A stretch of DNA of 63,315 nt, the filler included, from Collodictyon triciliatum (Eukaryota): NCBI GenBank assembly GCA_043381765.1. It is 6 parts of 6 records of this genome, joined end to end, with 100 filler letters (N's around TTAATTAATTAA, not from the genome) between each part and the next. Parts side by side here need not be neighbours in the genome. Positions count along the whole stretch, not along the records: positions 23,963 to 30,980 come from JBHJMP010000809.1; positions 31,081 to 37,985 come from JBHJMP010000810.1; positions 38,086 to 45,577 come from JBHJMP010000812.1; 3 more parts are not named here. One strand, written 5' to 3'. Below the pieces are notes generated by a model, which worked only from the letters and a program-made list of their open reading frames with translations, was not told the origin of the DNA and searched no databases. Below, in pieces: positions 25,020 through 38,399 of the stretch (the first letter of the stretch is position 1; every line of letters starts with the position of its first letter). Both the position numbers and the translations under genes were made by a program.

Positions 25020-27129
25020 ATGATAGGATTGCTAGTCCCAAAGTCTGTGCTCAAGACGCTTTCTGTATGTTTACATTCTCAACCGAAGCCCTGCTCTTGC
25101 AATAGGGAATTCTCGCTTCAAAATCGAAAGGATGCCATATTCACACAAATACATATTTATATTATATATTACATATTATTTTTATAGCATGATGGCTTCG
25201 GCAACATCATTTCTATTTAATTACTATTCATAATGACACAATTATTATCTTCATTGTTTAACTGGGACTGATTTCATGGTATTCAAAACAACATTAGACA
25301 AGTATTACCTTGTCGAATGCTGCCCGCACATACCGCACTTCGTCCGAATTCAACGTTATTGACGGCTCCATTGTCGACGTGAAAGGGCCGGAATTTAAAG
25401 TATGATACAAATAAAACATCATGACCGACGAAGTGGCATTCTGACCTTTTTCTTCCAAGCTGTATCTTCACTTGTGCATCTTAAATTGCTTCATCTGAAT
25501 AGTCATATCCGTAATTACCATCATCTTTGGCACTGTTCAGTTTTTTAAATGCACATTTCACTAAATGCATAGTCGAGATGCACTCGTTAATGAGGTTCAC
25601 CAAATCCTTTATTTCTCAACGGTGTCATAGGAAAATGCTGCTGTGATGGATTCATTGATTGATGATCTTAATACAAAGGTGGCGCACATAGCAAAAGGTT
25701 TTTTTTTCTTTCAAGAATTTCCTAAGAGGAAGATGTGTTTTTTCTTCCGTAGCATTCATTCATATATGTATACATTCACTTTTTTTCTGACATTTTTATT
25801 TTCTCTTGTTAACAAGGCGGAGGTGCCAAGGCTATCCAGAAGCACAAAAGCCGAAACAAGATGCTTCCTCGTGAAAGAATTGAAAATATTATCGACCCGG
25901 GGTATGTCACTACATTAATATAGCAATATTATTTTCATGAATATAATAAATAGAATTTAATTTTTTTAAAAACAATCATATTTCTTCCTCTATTACCAAG
26001 AAAAAAAAAGATAAACAGAAGAGAGGTCAAAAGGCTCACAAGTTTACTCTAAAAACTGCCAAACAATTTCTGTAAAAGGGACCAATTGTCTCAAATCAAG
26101 CAAACCTCCTCCCAGTTGTTTTCTTACCTTTGACTAATAATTAGAACCCCTTTCCTTGAGCTTTCTCAACTAGCCGGATATCAGCTTTACGACGACAATG
26201 TTCCTTGTGGTGGAGTTGTCACGGGTATTGGGAGAATCCACGGGTGAAAATTCATAGCCATTCCTTTTTCCTCGATACATACATGCCTCAATTGACTTAC
26301 AACCTCGAAATCAGAATGAATATCACATTTACACATGCTGATATACATGATATGCCTCACCAGCCAAGAAACTGTCATCGTTGCAAACGATGCCACAGTC
26401 AAAGGAGGAACCTATTACCCAATCACGGTGAAGAAACATTTGCGTGCGCAAGAAATAGCCCTCCAAAACCGTCTTCCATGCCTATATCTAGGTCAGAACC
26501 TCTTTGTTTCTCTCATTTTCGGGAACATACTAGATTATATATAATACATATTACGTATACTTGCAGAGAGTTTGTGATTCAGGGTATAATGCCTCGTGCC
26601 TACAAAATATCAATCATATTATACAATTAGAAGCATCTTCTACAAAACTACCACAGTCACCTACAAATGCCAACTAAATTGTATAGTTGACTCTGGCGGT
26701 GCCCACTTACCCAGTCAAAAGGATGTCTTCCCTGACCGTGAGCACTTTGGTCGTATCTTTTACAACCAAGCAACAATGTCAGCCGCGAGAATTCCCCAAG
26801 TTGGTTATCTCGTTTCCCCCCACTCATGTTCACAGATTGCACAGTGATGTATCAATATTATTTTTGGTATATTTTCTTGAGCTGTGTTGTTGTTCAGTGT
26901 GTAGTTTTTATCTTTTTTTTTTTCAAATACATGAGGCATCATCGTATTCACTTCGTCCGCAATCTACACATTAACATATGTAGATTGCAGTTGTCATGGG
27001 TTCTTGCACAGCTGGAGGCGCTTATGTCCCAGCTATGGCTGATGAAAGTGTGATTGTCAAAAACAATGGAACTATCTTCCTGGGCGGGCCTCCTTTGGTA
27101 ACATATATTGAATAGCAATCACACACTTG

Positions 27130-27174
<45 letters not shown>

Positions 27175-29410
27175 TCTTTAACATACGTTGTGTTTAACAT
27201 TAAAAGAACATAATATGCCGGCTGGTTCTTGTTCATTACTCTTTGAATGTTATCTGTCCATTTCCTAACGGGAGACAACTTCCATCATCTTTCCCATCAA
27301 TTATCACCGTTTCCCCAATTCTCCAAATCCCCTCTTATGTTTGTTAGAGGAGTTATGTGTAATTTGCCATAATTTGTCATAGTTTATTTGTTAACTTAAT
27401 CTCAATATCTTTCATATGGCATTAGGTGAAAGCTGCTACAGGCGAGGTTGTAACTGCCGAGGAACTGGGAGGTGCGTACATGCATTGCACAAAATCTGGA
27501 GTCACAGACCATTTTGCCGAAGATGAGCACCACGCCTTTGCTATAACGCGCAGAATATTTGGAAATCTGAACATGGAAAAGAAACCAAATGTATATACGT
27601 ATAGCCAGGGCATCATTTTTTTAAAGGAAAATTATATAACGGGGACGAATCTTTGTTGGTTCATATCGCTTTGTACCCATCGATATTTATTTACTTTGGG
27701 TGGTCTGATGGATTCCTCGTCATTAGGTTACTATGACTACATCTGAGGAGCCGCTTTACTCACCTGATGAACTCCGTGGTATTATCCCAACGGACTTGAA
27801 GAAGCCATTTGACATCCGCCAAGTAATGCGCTCTTAGATTTCTTGATTCGTGAGATGGGGTACTGTTGCCGCTTTTTTTTTCTCCTTCCTGGTTTCTAAT
27901 TTAACTTTGTCAAAAGATTATAGCCCGTATTGTGGATGGAAGCCGATTCAACGAATTCAAAGAGATGTACGGAACGACATTGGTCACTGGTTTGTGAATA
28001 TGCTCAATTGAAAATGTGTTTAACATCTAATGGCGTTGTATCTAGCATTTTTTTATGTTCTTATTTATTTTGGTGTCTTGAGAAAAGAGTCCGACATAAT
28101 TATGTACATAAAAGATTGCATTTCTAGTAGTTCGTCTGATAGGCAGAGCTCATTTACCCATTCTCTGAACAGGATTCGCCCGCCTCTATGGATACCCCAT
28201 CGGTATCGTTGCAAACAACGGAATTCTGTTTTCTGAGTCAGCCTTGAAAGGAGCACACTTTATTGAACTTTGCTCACAGCGTGGTATCCCACTTCTTTTC
28301 CTTCAAAACATCACTGGATTTATGGTCGGAAAGGTACGTCCCCTTGGTACTTTTTCCAGTTTTTATTTATTTCTTTATTCACCTCTACACATTTTTTTCT
28401 CACAAGAGAAAGGAAGACAAGCATACGTGTATATTCCCGCATGTTACGATGTATGCTACTTTAACCCTCTAGCAAATCACCATCAACAGTCGTACGAGAA
28501 TGACGGAATCGCAAAGAACGGAGCCAAGCTAGTGACTGCTGTCTCCTGCGCAAACGTGCCAAAAATCACTGTTGTTGTTGGCGGAAGCTTTGGTGCAGGA
28601 AATTATGGAATGTGCGGACGTGCGTTTAGTCCTCGCTTTATGTACATGTGGCCAAACTCTCGCATTTCGGTGATGGGTGGGGAACAGGCTGCATCTGTGT
28701 TGAGTCAGGTCTATTTGTTGTTCTTTTAATTTCATTTCATTTACGCCTATTATTCTTCTGCATGTTTAGCTTAAAGCATCCTTCTTTTTTCTTTTTTTTT
28801 AATAATAAACGAATAGATAACCTAAAAAAACACAAAATAGATTACAAAATAGATTACAAAATAGATTACAAAATAGATTACAAAATAGATTACAAAATAG
28901 ATTACAAAATAGATTACAAAATAGATTACAAAATAGATTACAAAATAGATTACAAAATAGATTACAAAATAGATTACAAAATAGATTACAAAATAGATTA
29001 CAAAATAGATTACAAAATAGATTACCAAAAAGAAAACGTATGGTCTGCAAGGGTTACACAACAATCAACTAAATACTCAATAGGTGGAAAAGGCAAATAT
29101 CGAGGCCAGCGGCAAGACCTGGCCGACAGATGAGGAGGAGGCGTTCAAGAACAAGCTGCGCACAAAGTATGAAGAGGAAGGAAAGCCCTACTTCTCCTCC
29201 GCCCGCCTCTGGGATGATGGTGTTATTAACCCAGTGGATACGCGCAAGGTACAGCAATATATTCAAAGACATCACATTGGATTCTTTATTCACTTCTTTT
29301 CTATTAATTAAAAAAAACATCCTATCGTCGTTCAGATTGTCGGGTTGAGTCTGAGCGCCGCACTTAACAACCCCATCGAGAAAACGACATTTGGAGTGTT
29401 CCGCATGTAA
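25020..29410 (+). CDS. MCCC2: Methylcrotonoyl-CoA carboxylase beta subunit, mitochondrial; 15 exons
   Basis: Complete in-frame splicing from [15 protein letters not shown] to ...KTTFGVFRM*. Diagnostic motifs: [94 protein letters not shown]. Confidence 0.97.
28832..29023 (+). repeat. Intronic minisatellite (ACAAAATAGATT)x16
   Basis: Perfect 12-bp tandem repeat within MCCC2 intron 13. Confidence 0.95.
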
Positions 29411-29950
29411 ACCACATCGACACGACAAACTATGACATAAAGGAAACTGCAAAGAAAAAAAGGAAACTGCAAAGAAAAAAAGAAAAAAAGAAAAAAAGAA
29501 AAAAAGAAAAAAAGAAAAAAAGAAAAAAAGAAAAAAAGAAAAAAAAAGAAAAAAGGAAAAAAGAAAAAAAGAAAAAAAGAAAAAAGGAAAAAAAGAAAAA
29601 AAGAAAAAAAAGGAAAAAAGAAAAATGGAAAAGAGTGACCTATTTCTTGCACCACGTCTCACTTCTATTTTTTTATTTCTTTAATCTATTTGATTTTATT
29701 TTAAAAAAAAGGGATTATTGGTGTGCAATGAGATTGGAAAAGGTATTAAAATTTCCTTTTCCTTCTCCATTTTTTTTTGAAGAAAAGGGGAAATGCATAT
29801 GAAAAAGACGGATTAGGAACAAACAACAAAAAAGAGACATATCTATACATCAAAGAGCAACCCCGCACACAGTATGTATATCAACCACCTGCACTGGCAC
29901 ATGCAAATATCTCTACGAACCACCATCACCATCACCATCACCATCACCCA

Positions 29951-30670
29951 TCACCCATGCCGATTCTGATGGTCGCTATGCGCACGCCTCTGAGCACTTT
30001 GTCTCTGGTGCGAATCGGACAGCGGGTGCGGGTCAGCCGCGTCTCCGGGCGGGCGGGACTGAGCGGGGCGATTGGGGCCGGAGAGAGCGGAGGGCGCGGT
30101 TGGGGATGAAGCCGGAGGCGGGAGGAGGGAAGGGGGATGCGGGAGGACCGGTTCGTGCTGGAAGGCGAGGAGGATTGCGTGGACGCGGTCGGGATTGAGG
30201 GCGAGGTTGAAGCGGAGGGAGGCGAGGAAGTCGATTTCGAGGAGATTGAAGGTGTGGATGGGGATGCCCGCCACGTGTGCGAAGGTGAGGTTGTTGTAGG
30301 TGAGGTCGTCGTAGTATTTGGAGACGGTGTTGAGGGCGACGGCAAAGAGCGGGCGGACGTTGTGGTTGGTCAGGACGGTGCGGCGGTGGCGCAGGAAGCG
30401 TTGGATGTAGAGGACGGTTGCGCACACGAGCGGGTCGGCGAGCAGCGCGTATTCCCGCACGGCCTGCAGCATCGCACACACGCTCCGCGCACACACCGTG
30501 TCGAAGGGCGTTGCGCTCGTCGCGTGGCGCACGCAGCAGCTCTGGAAGTAGCGCGCGAGTTGGCTGTGCAGCCCTGCAGACTCGGCCGAGGATGGCGCGT
30601 ATGTTTCCGGGGATGTTGTGTTGCGCGTGGAGGAGGGTGTCGTGCTCTCCTGCGTGTCTGGGGCGTCCAT
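29951..30670 (-). CDS. PHO80-like (P/U-type) cyclin, intronless, very GC-rich
   Basis: 239-aa ORF with LYIQRF...LTNHNVRPLFAVALNTVSKYYDDLTYNNLTFAHVAGIPIHTFNLLEIDFLASLRFNL, matching the PHO80/cyclin-U box (K..DD..Y.N..(F/Y)A.VGG....N.LE..FL..L.F.L). Confidence 0.88.
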   Translation of the reverse strand: MDAPDTQESTTPSSTRNTTSPETYAPSSAESAGLHSQLARYFQSCCVRHATSATPFDTVCARSVCAMLQAVREYALLADPLVCATVLYIQRFLRHRRTVLTNHNVRPLFAVALNTVSKYYDDLTYNNLTFAHVAGIPIHTFNLLEIDFLASLRFNLALNPDRVHAILLAFQHEPVLPHPPSLLPPPASSPTAPSALSGPNRPAQSRPPGDAADPHPLSDSHQRQSAQRRAHSDHQNRHG

Positions 30671-30907
30671 GCTGGGCCGGGGTTCGGCAAATGGCTTGCG
30701 TTTCTTTTGGCTTTTTTTTTTTTATATATTTTAATTCTTCCTTTCAATTTTGTGCAGGATGGTGGATATTTTATTTTATTTTATTATAGCATTATTAATC
30801 TACATAGTTGTTATTATTATTAACACTTGTTTTTGTTATTGCGCGTTTTTATAGCTAATACAGGTATACTGCTTTTTTTTTTGCTTTTTTTTTTTGGTTT
30901 TGGTTTT

Positions 30908-30944
<37 letters not shown>

Positions 30945-31083
30945 TTTTTTTTTTTTTTTTTTTTTTTTTTTATATTTTTTNNNNNNNNNNNNNNNNNNNN
31001 NNNNNNNNNNNNNNNNNNNNNNNNTTAATTAATTAANNNNNNNNNNNNNNNNNNNNNNNNNNNNNNNNNNNNNNNNNNNNAAA

Positions 31084-31182
<99 letters not shown>

Positions 31183-31193
31183 ACTTATTATAG

Positions 31194-34100
31194 CAATATC
31201 GAAGATGCATCCAGAGAATCTGCTTCATACCAAGAAGATTTAAAGGCCTTGAAAGGTTTAAATTTTTATAAAATATTCTCTTCAGAGTTATCAGCCAATA
31301 TTATCTTATTTACGCTTCAATTTGGGTATGTACAGAAACCCATCTCCAGATGGATAAGTTCATCAAAGCTGTTGATAAGCACGACAAATTTATTCCTTTA
31401 CATGTGGTATGTTTTAAATTAATATTTCAAGTACTTCACAGTAATGAATATATTTCGATAACCTAATTCTACTATGTTATTATTAATTTTTTGGATTGGC
31501 TAATTGTTTCAATCTTGACTCTTTCATAAGTTTCTTGGAAGCTTAATATACTGGATTGAGAATGAGGGGTCTGCAAATCTAGAAATGAAAGACACAGATC
31601 GGAGGCAGAAAATGTAAGCTTCATAATTATGTACGAAAACAGTTTATATGGTCGTCCGTTTGTCTCTCATCCTATCAAAGGTAAAAAAAAAAAAAAAATC
31701 CCCCAAAATTTTGATTTGTAAATATTTTAGTTTTCATGAAATGCATATACATATTCTATTTGAAACCTTAAAGCTGGATAAATATAGGATATCGTAAGTT
31801 TTTTTTTTTAATTCCGTATTATCCTATCCCATTTATCTCAAATGATTGCTCTTTATTACACAAATGTCTACCAGCAACATATAATTTAAATGAAATGAGT
31901 CTATTAAAAGATCATTGAGACACTTGGTGGATGAGATCGCTGAGTTGTCAGCAAAGGCAAAGAAAGGAGATATTAGACTTTCATCAAGATCCACTGCGAT
32001 ATTAACATGTATTATATACTTACGAATCTATAGAAGGAAGAAAAAAAAAGTTTAAAAATTTTCCAAAAAAAATTAACACAAAATTTTGATGTTTTCCTTG
32101 TCACGTTTATCGATGAAGCGATGTTCACCGTTTTTGGATTCATCTTGGAGGATGAAATAAACACCATACAGGACTATCGTATGATAATAGAGCAGTACGC
32201 CGGAAAGCCTGAAAACGGGAGAGGAGGTTTCTTTCATTTTCTTATTTTTTTTTTTTTTTATTATTCTCAAATCATTTGGTTTCCTCTGCATCTCAGCCAA
32301 TACTTTCTTTTATTTTTTCGAATAACACATAAACATTTTTTTTTTAAAAAAAACTGAACTTTATACTGCAGACTGCTTATGTAGACTCAAATTTTTATAT
32401 TATCATTAAAATTATCAGAGGTCGTTTGGTATACTACATGGACTCTGGCATGTATGAACCCAGCAGTTGCATTTCGCCCACTGAAAAAGCTTGCACGTTC
32501 ATTCATTCTTACGTCGGGCACATTGAGTCCGATGTAATTCTTATTCAGAATATTTTCCATCAAAATTTTCCTTCTGAATTTATCGGTGATAGGAACCACT
32601 TTTCCAAAAAAGAAATGTAAAAAAAAAAAAAAACTATCCTAGAAACACGCACATACATTTTAATCAAATTAAATTAACGGATGAATGATAGAGATTCATT
32701 CGCATCAGAGTTGGAGATTGAATTTAAGCAAATTTTGGAGGCCAGTCATGTCATAGACATGAAGAATCAGGTTAGGGTATTTTATAAGTAACGTTTCTAT
32801 GAACACCTTATTTGTCAGCGCATTATATCTTAGTTCATCTAATTTATGGGGTATCTTTGTCATTTTTGAATTTTTTTCAATATTCCTTTGGACCAACTGG
32901 ACTGGTAACATAATTGCTATGATGAATTACCCAGATAACTTGCTCAAAAAAAATTCATATTCTGAATTCATTGGTTTAATCTTAAGGTTTATGTCGCATC
33001 AATTCCAAGTGGACCGAATAATGTACCGATGAACTGTACATACAAAAATATGCAATCCATTGATTTTCAAGTATGACACATTCTCACAACATCTAACCCT
33101 CACACTTTATGGTTCGTATGCCTCAAATATGTCTTATTTCTAGGATTCTGTTGGGTCTGCCATACTAGAGTATTGCCAAAAAATACCACATGGAGTTCTG
33201 TGCTTCTTTCCATCCTATTTATCGATTACCGACCTTAAGAGGAGATGGAAAGCAACAGGGTTGTGGGACAAGCTTTGTCAGCAAAAGACAGTCGTGGAAG
33301 GTTTTTTTACCCCTTTCCTTCGAATCCCCTATGAAATTCTAATGTGTCCATTTCTTCGTCATCATATATATCCATTTTATTCTCCAGACAAGATTCTAAT
33401 GCGCATCTCAATGAAAGTAATTAAAAAAACGAGGAAATAATAGAGCCCCGCAAAACTGATGCTGAATTTGCTGCTGGTATGAGTGAATTCTATTCTGCGG
33501 TTGGGCAAAGTAAACGGAGTGGACATGGTGGAGCGCTTTACCTGGCAGTTTTCAGAGGAAAAGTACGATACATTTTCGAAATAGATCTGACTATTTCAAT
33601 TAATATCTTTTCTTGGTTGGAACGAAATAAAATAAAAGCGTGATTTTGCTGAGCTTTGGTTCTAGGTCAGCGAAGGGATAGACTTTTCGGACGATAACGC
33701 CAGAGGTGTTGTATCCATGCAATCGATTGACTAACTCAGTGCCCAAACACATGCATTTAAGTTTTATATAATTTGATGCGCCCCTTATTTTTGTATAACG
33801 ATTTTGATTTATTGATTCATTTTTTTCAAAAAAAAGCGATATTTTACATGTAATGTATGAAATTCAACAAACATTTTTTGAATTAGTCAAGTGACATACT
33901 TTCTTCATGATAAAATCAAGACAACTATTTACTCAAAACAAATACAACCGTAATCGGTTCAGATGAGTTGTCTCCTTGACAGTATCTCCTTTTTTTTTTT
34001 TTTTTTCCTTCTTGTCCCTCGAACACTTTCGATTCAAAGATTCTTCTAGGAATACCCTTTCCTAACATCAAAGATACGTCCGTTAACTTGAAGAAAAATT

Positions 34101-37100
34101 ACAACGATGCAAATTCTCGCAGTCGAGGAGTATTGTCGGGAGATAGGTCCATATGTCAATTCATTCATACAAAACTGTTTGTGAAATATCGAAAGAGAAA
34201 AAATTGTAATTCTTTTCCCTGTATTTTTCGAGAAAATATAATCGAATAATGCAAAATAATGAATTTAGAAGATTTATCATCACTTTATGAACTCTCCACT
34301 ATCCTGCACAAAATTGAAAGGAAGAATAAAAAAAAATCATCACTTTATGGACTAGATGGTATCAGCTTCAGGCATTTCGTGCATTGAACCAAGCTATTGG
34401 TCGCTGCATTCGGCATAGGAAAGATTTTGGAGCCATCATATTTTTAGGTTCCATCGTGATATTTTTATAATTTGGCTTGTTTGTTCTAGTGTTTATTGGT
34501 TGCCTTAATAAACTTAATACTTGAACATACCATATTATCAGACAATGTCTATTTCTCTTTTTAGATAAAATAATAGTAGTCCATGATTGAACTTAATCAT
34601 CCCGTACGTACTTACAGACTCGCGCCTGTCAAGAGAAGAGTACTATGGTAAACTATCGAGATGGGTTCGAGGGAGCATTCAAAGCCTTCAATTCGACAAA
34701 TCCTTGACGCTCGTCGACACCTTTTTTGAAATGTTTGTACTCTTATGTGTTTTCTGTTTTGGTGGGACAAAGGAAAATATTTTCACATATGCATTATTTT
34801 TTTAAAAGAATAGCTCCCACTCCGATTACTTGAGATATGTGATTGTAATAATCCATTTGCTTGTATTAAGTAGTTTTCTCTCTCTTTTTTTTTTCATCCT
34901 CTTTGGTGTATTTATTAATATGTTAAAGATAAAATATAACATCGCATATTACCCCCACTATGTCATTTTCATTTTCTTTTCTTTCTTTTCTTTCTTTTCT
35001 TTCTTTCTTTCTTTCTTTCTTTTCTTTCTTTCTTTTCTTTCTTTTCTTTTCTTTTCTTTTCTTTTCTTTTCTTTTCTTTTCTTTTCTTTTCTTTTCTTTT
35101 CTTTTCTTTTCTTTTCTTTTCTTTTCTTTTCTCTCTTTGTAATATATTTCCCCTTTATGTTCTTGTTTACAATAGGCGAAAAAGAAGGCAAGCAGAGGAA
35201 GCCCTGGAACCTCCCCCGCCTCCACTACCTCCACTTCCCATCATATCATCTTTTGAATACTCCCCAAAGCACACGCAGACTGGGCAGTTTGGGAATACGC
35301 AAATAACATCAGAGTATTTTACTGTTTCGTCTGCGTCGTCGACAAGCCAGTATGGAGAGGAAAAAAGTCCAGAAAAATGCGGCGGTGGAGGCAGAAGGTC
35401 AGTCCAGCTTACCCTTGGTTCGTTTTTTAAAGATACCACGGGAGGGTCGAGTAGCTTCCCACATGAAGTGGTGATATCGCCGGACGAGCATGAGCCCATC
35501 AAACACGAAGAAGAGAGCGAAGTAGACTCGGCTGAATGGGAGTTCATCCCGCTGTCGTCGTCAAACACACCACTTGTGATGAAAGAGCGGAAGAAACCGG
35601 CCCCGAAAAGCATCCCTTCGAATGTTGTGCCAGAGCCAATGCTGATACCGACGCCGATGCTGATACCGACGCCGATGCCTACGCCGACGCCAACACCAAA
35701 AATGAAAATGAAAACAGAGAACGAGGACCCGATATCGACTTACTTTGAGGACGAGGACAATACTATTTTTTTCCAGGAAATGGAGGAGATTGGAGAGTAT
35801 GCCCCTTTAGATCTGTCGTCTCAAACAGGGGCACCTGCGGAAAAGACCGGCGGCACACAAAAGGGTCCCGACCTTCTGTTGTGTTCGTCGTGCGGGTTTC
35901 AGATAGGTGCATTGGAAGGGTCAAATCGTGTGGAGGTTCCTCCAAAGCATACCCAAGCAATTCTTACCCGTCTAAATCCTGCATTGGCAAGACTCTACCC
36001 ACCAGACTTTGAGTTTTCTGTTCTGGTTGTGATGTCTGGAAAGAAATTGAACTTGTCTCCTTTCTACCCTTTTGAAGGGACCAACACCATTCAGAAGGCG
36101 GGTGAGTCGATGAAACTGGCATTCTTGCTCTCTTTTCGTCTTCTTTCTTCTCCTTCTTTTTCTCTCTTTATTCTTTCGCGAACATCACTGTTGTTTCCTT
36201 CTTTATACATCGCACGTAGTTGCGGTCTTATCAAGTTTAATTATTCCGTCGATTTATTTATCCATTTTCAAGGCCACCTGTGTGTTAATGAATTTGTGCT
36301 TTTTATTTTGTTTCGAAGTAATACGAAAGCACGATACATAGCCTTTTACCACAACCAAAATAGATCAATTTTAGGTTTAAAAAAAAAAAAAAAAAAAAAA
36401 AGGAAAAAAAAAAAAAAAAAAAAAAAAAAAAGGACAAATTTTACAAAAATAAAATAAAAAATTTTTTTCCCCNNNNNNNNNNNNNNNNNNNNNNNNNNNN
36501 NNNNNNNNNNNNNNNNNNNNNNNNNNNNNNNNNNNNNNNNNNNNNNNNNNNNNNNNNNNNNNNNNNNNNNNNAAAAATTTGTTCTTTTTATTTTGTGACG
36601 AAAAAAAAAAAAAAAAAAAAAAATAACCTTTTAAAAAAAAAAAAAAATATTTTTTTTAAGTTTAAAAAAAAAAAAAAAAAAAAGAGGATATATAAAAAAG
36701 CGAAAAAAGAAACATGGTCAATATTAAAGAATATATGATAAAAATGTGTTTTCCCCCCTACCCTAATGCATGTCTCATACACACACCCAACAGGAGCACT
36801 GGAAAGCAAGACGCTGGGGTGTGTGCACGCTGACTCGAAGCAGGATACAATCTGGGTCCACGAGGATTCGATTGCGTACAAGACGCTCGGGTGCAGCGGA
36901 TGCCGCTCGTTCATCGGGGTGGAGATTTATGCCGGGACGCCGGGGATAGTGCCGTTCATCGGGCAGGCGATGCTGCTGTTTGAGGCCATCAATACGAAGC
37001 TGGCGGCCGAGGCACCGAAATCTACCTCAGCTCCGTCCGCACAGCAAAAAGCCGCCCAAAAGCCGCAGCCTTTGCACGCGGAGGTGAAGCAGGAACCACG

Positions 37101-37413
37101 GAGGCAGCCCCGAGCTTTGCCGGCCACACAGCTCAATTCTGAGTCGTCAGGCAGCAGCAATAACAGCCAGGTGAAGTCTTTGGAGCGCTTTGCCTTGCCC
37201 CGTGGGCACGCCTCCACTTCGCAATCGCCGCAGTCCCCAAAGTCGAATCTGTCTGCAAAGAACCCGCCCGAAAGTGTCGTGCTTCCCACCACCTGGAAAG
37301 AACTCGTGGGCAGCAGACGGAAGAGACTGGCGCCGTCCTTTGACGAGTCTGCAGCGGATGCAGATGCAGACGGAGACGGAGGCGGAGGCGGGGTTCAGGG
37401 TCGCACTCGCTAG
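31194..37413 (+). CDS. BRIP1: Fanconi anemia group J (XPD-family DEAH) helicase, 3' part, with long C-terminal extension
   Basis: Spliced exons give (H)[20 protein letters not shown]...[85 protein letters not shown]. The NIEDxxRESASY motif favours FANCJ over RTEL1. The exact 3' end is uncertain (possible further exons near 37669-37920). Confidence 0.88.
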
Positions 37414-37922
37414 TGCCTCCGCCTTGGTTGGGTCGCTGTTGGCTTTCTCCGCCCATTTTCTCTCGTCCTTTTTCTTTCTCTTTCCAGTGTGCCATATCTA
37501 GATATGAAAAGGAAGAAAAAAAATCCCCGCTCGCTCCCTTTCCTTTTTGCTCATGGAAGGCTTAAGAAGTCGGCTCCGGGTTGGATGGTGCACGATGCTG
37601 AATAGCATGTGATCATCATCATCATCATCATTCTGTTGTGTTTGGCGGCCGCACGTCATCACCATCAGACGCGTCCGACGGAGGCAACGCGGCGTGAGTG
37701 GGCGGGTTTATTTCTATTTGGAGCGCTCGAAGGATCTGCGGGATGCTGTGGAGACGGGTCTTGGGCCCTTGGCGCTATGCGATCTCTGGGAACGGAGCAA
37801 TGAGCTGGCCCGCTTCTCGCAGTTGGATGAGGGAGATAGACCTTGCGACTGCGTCTGTCCATTTCGTCATCTTTGCAGGGAAGACACAGAGCCCAGTGGG
37901 CAAGTTGGTGGATGGGAAGCAG

Positions 37923-37985
<63 letters not shown>

Positions 37986-38085
37986 NNNNNNNNNNNNNNN
38001 NNNNNNNNNNNNNNNNNNNNNNNNNNNNNTTAATTAATTAANNNNNNNNNNNNNNNNNNNNNNNNNNNNNNNNNNNNNNNNNNNN

Positions 38086-38150
<65 letters not shown>

Positions 38151-38399
38151 TTATTTGCTGTTTCCTGGAATTTTAATATGCATTTTTAATTCGGACGATG
38201 GAAATCTTAGTTCAGATTTTATTCATGATTTAAAATATTATGGATTGATTTAATTCAAATCTATATGATAAGTCATGTTACTATCTATCTCTTATGAATA
38301 GCTCTATACACAATGTATCTCATACCTTTTTAATTTGATTTATTTATTTTTGTTGTTAGATCCATACTGACATCCTATTTATTTTTTGGAAACGCAAAG

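Noticed and set aside
29944-30823. Several long overlapping ORFs on both strands over the cyclin (and 2442-3209 over the MaoC gene)
   Set aside because: Expected shadow ORFs of GC-rich coding DNA; only one frame has family motifs.
33711-33720. GTATCC donors (BRIP1; also the MaoC intron) as U12-type introns
   Set aside because: They lack the full GTATCCTT consensus, and no clear U12 branch point was seen.
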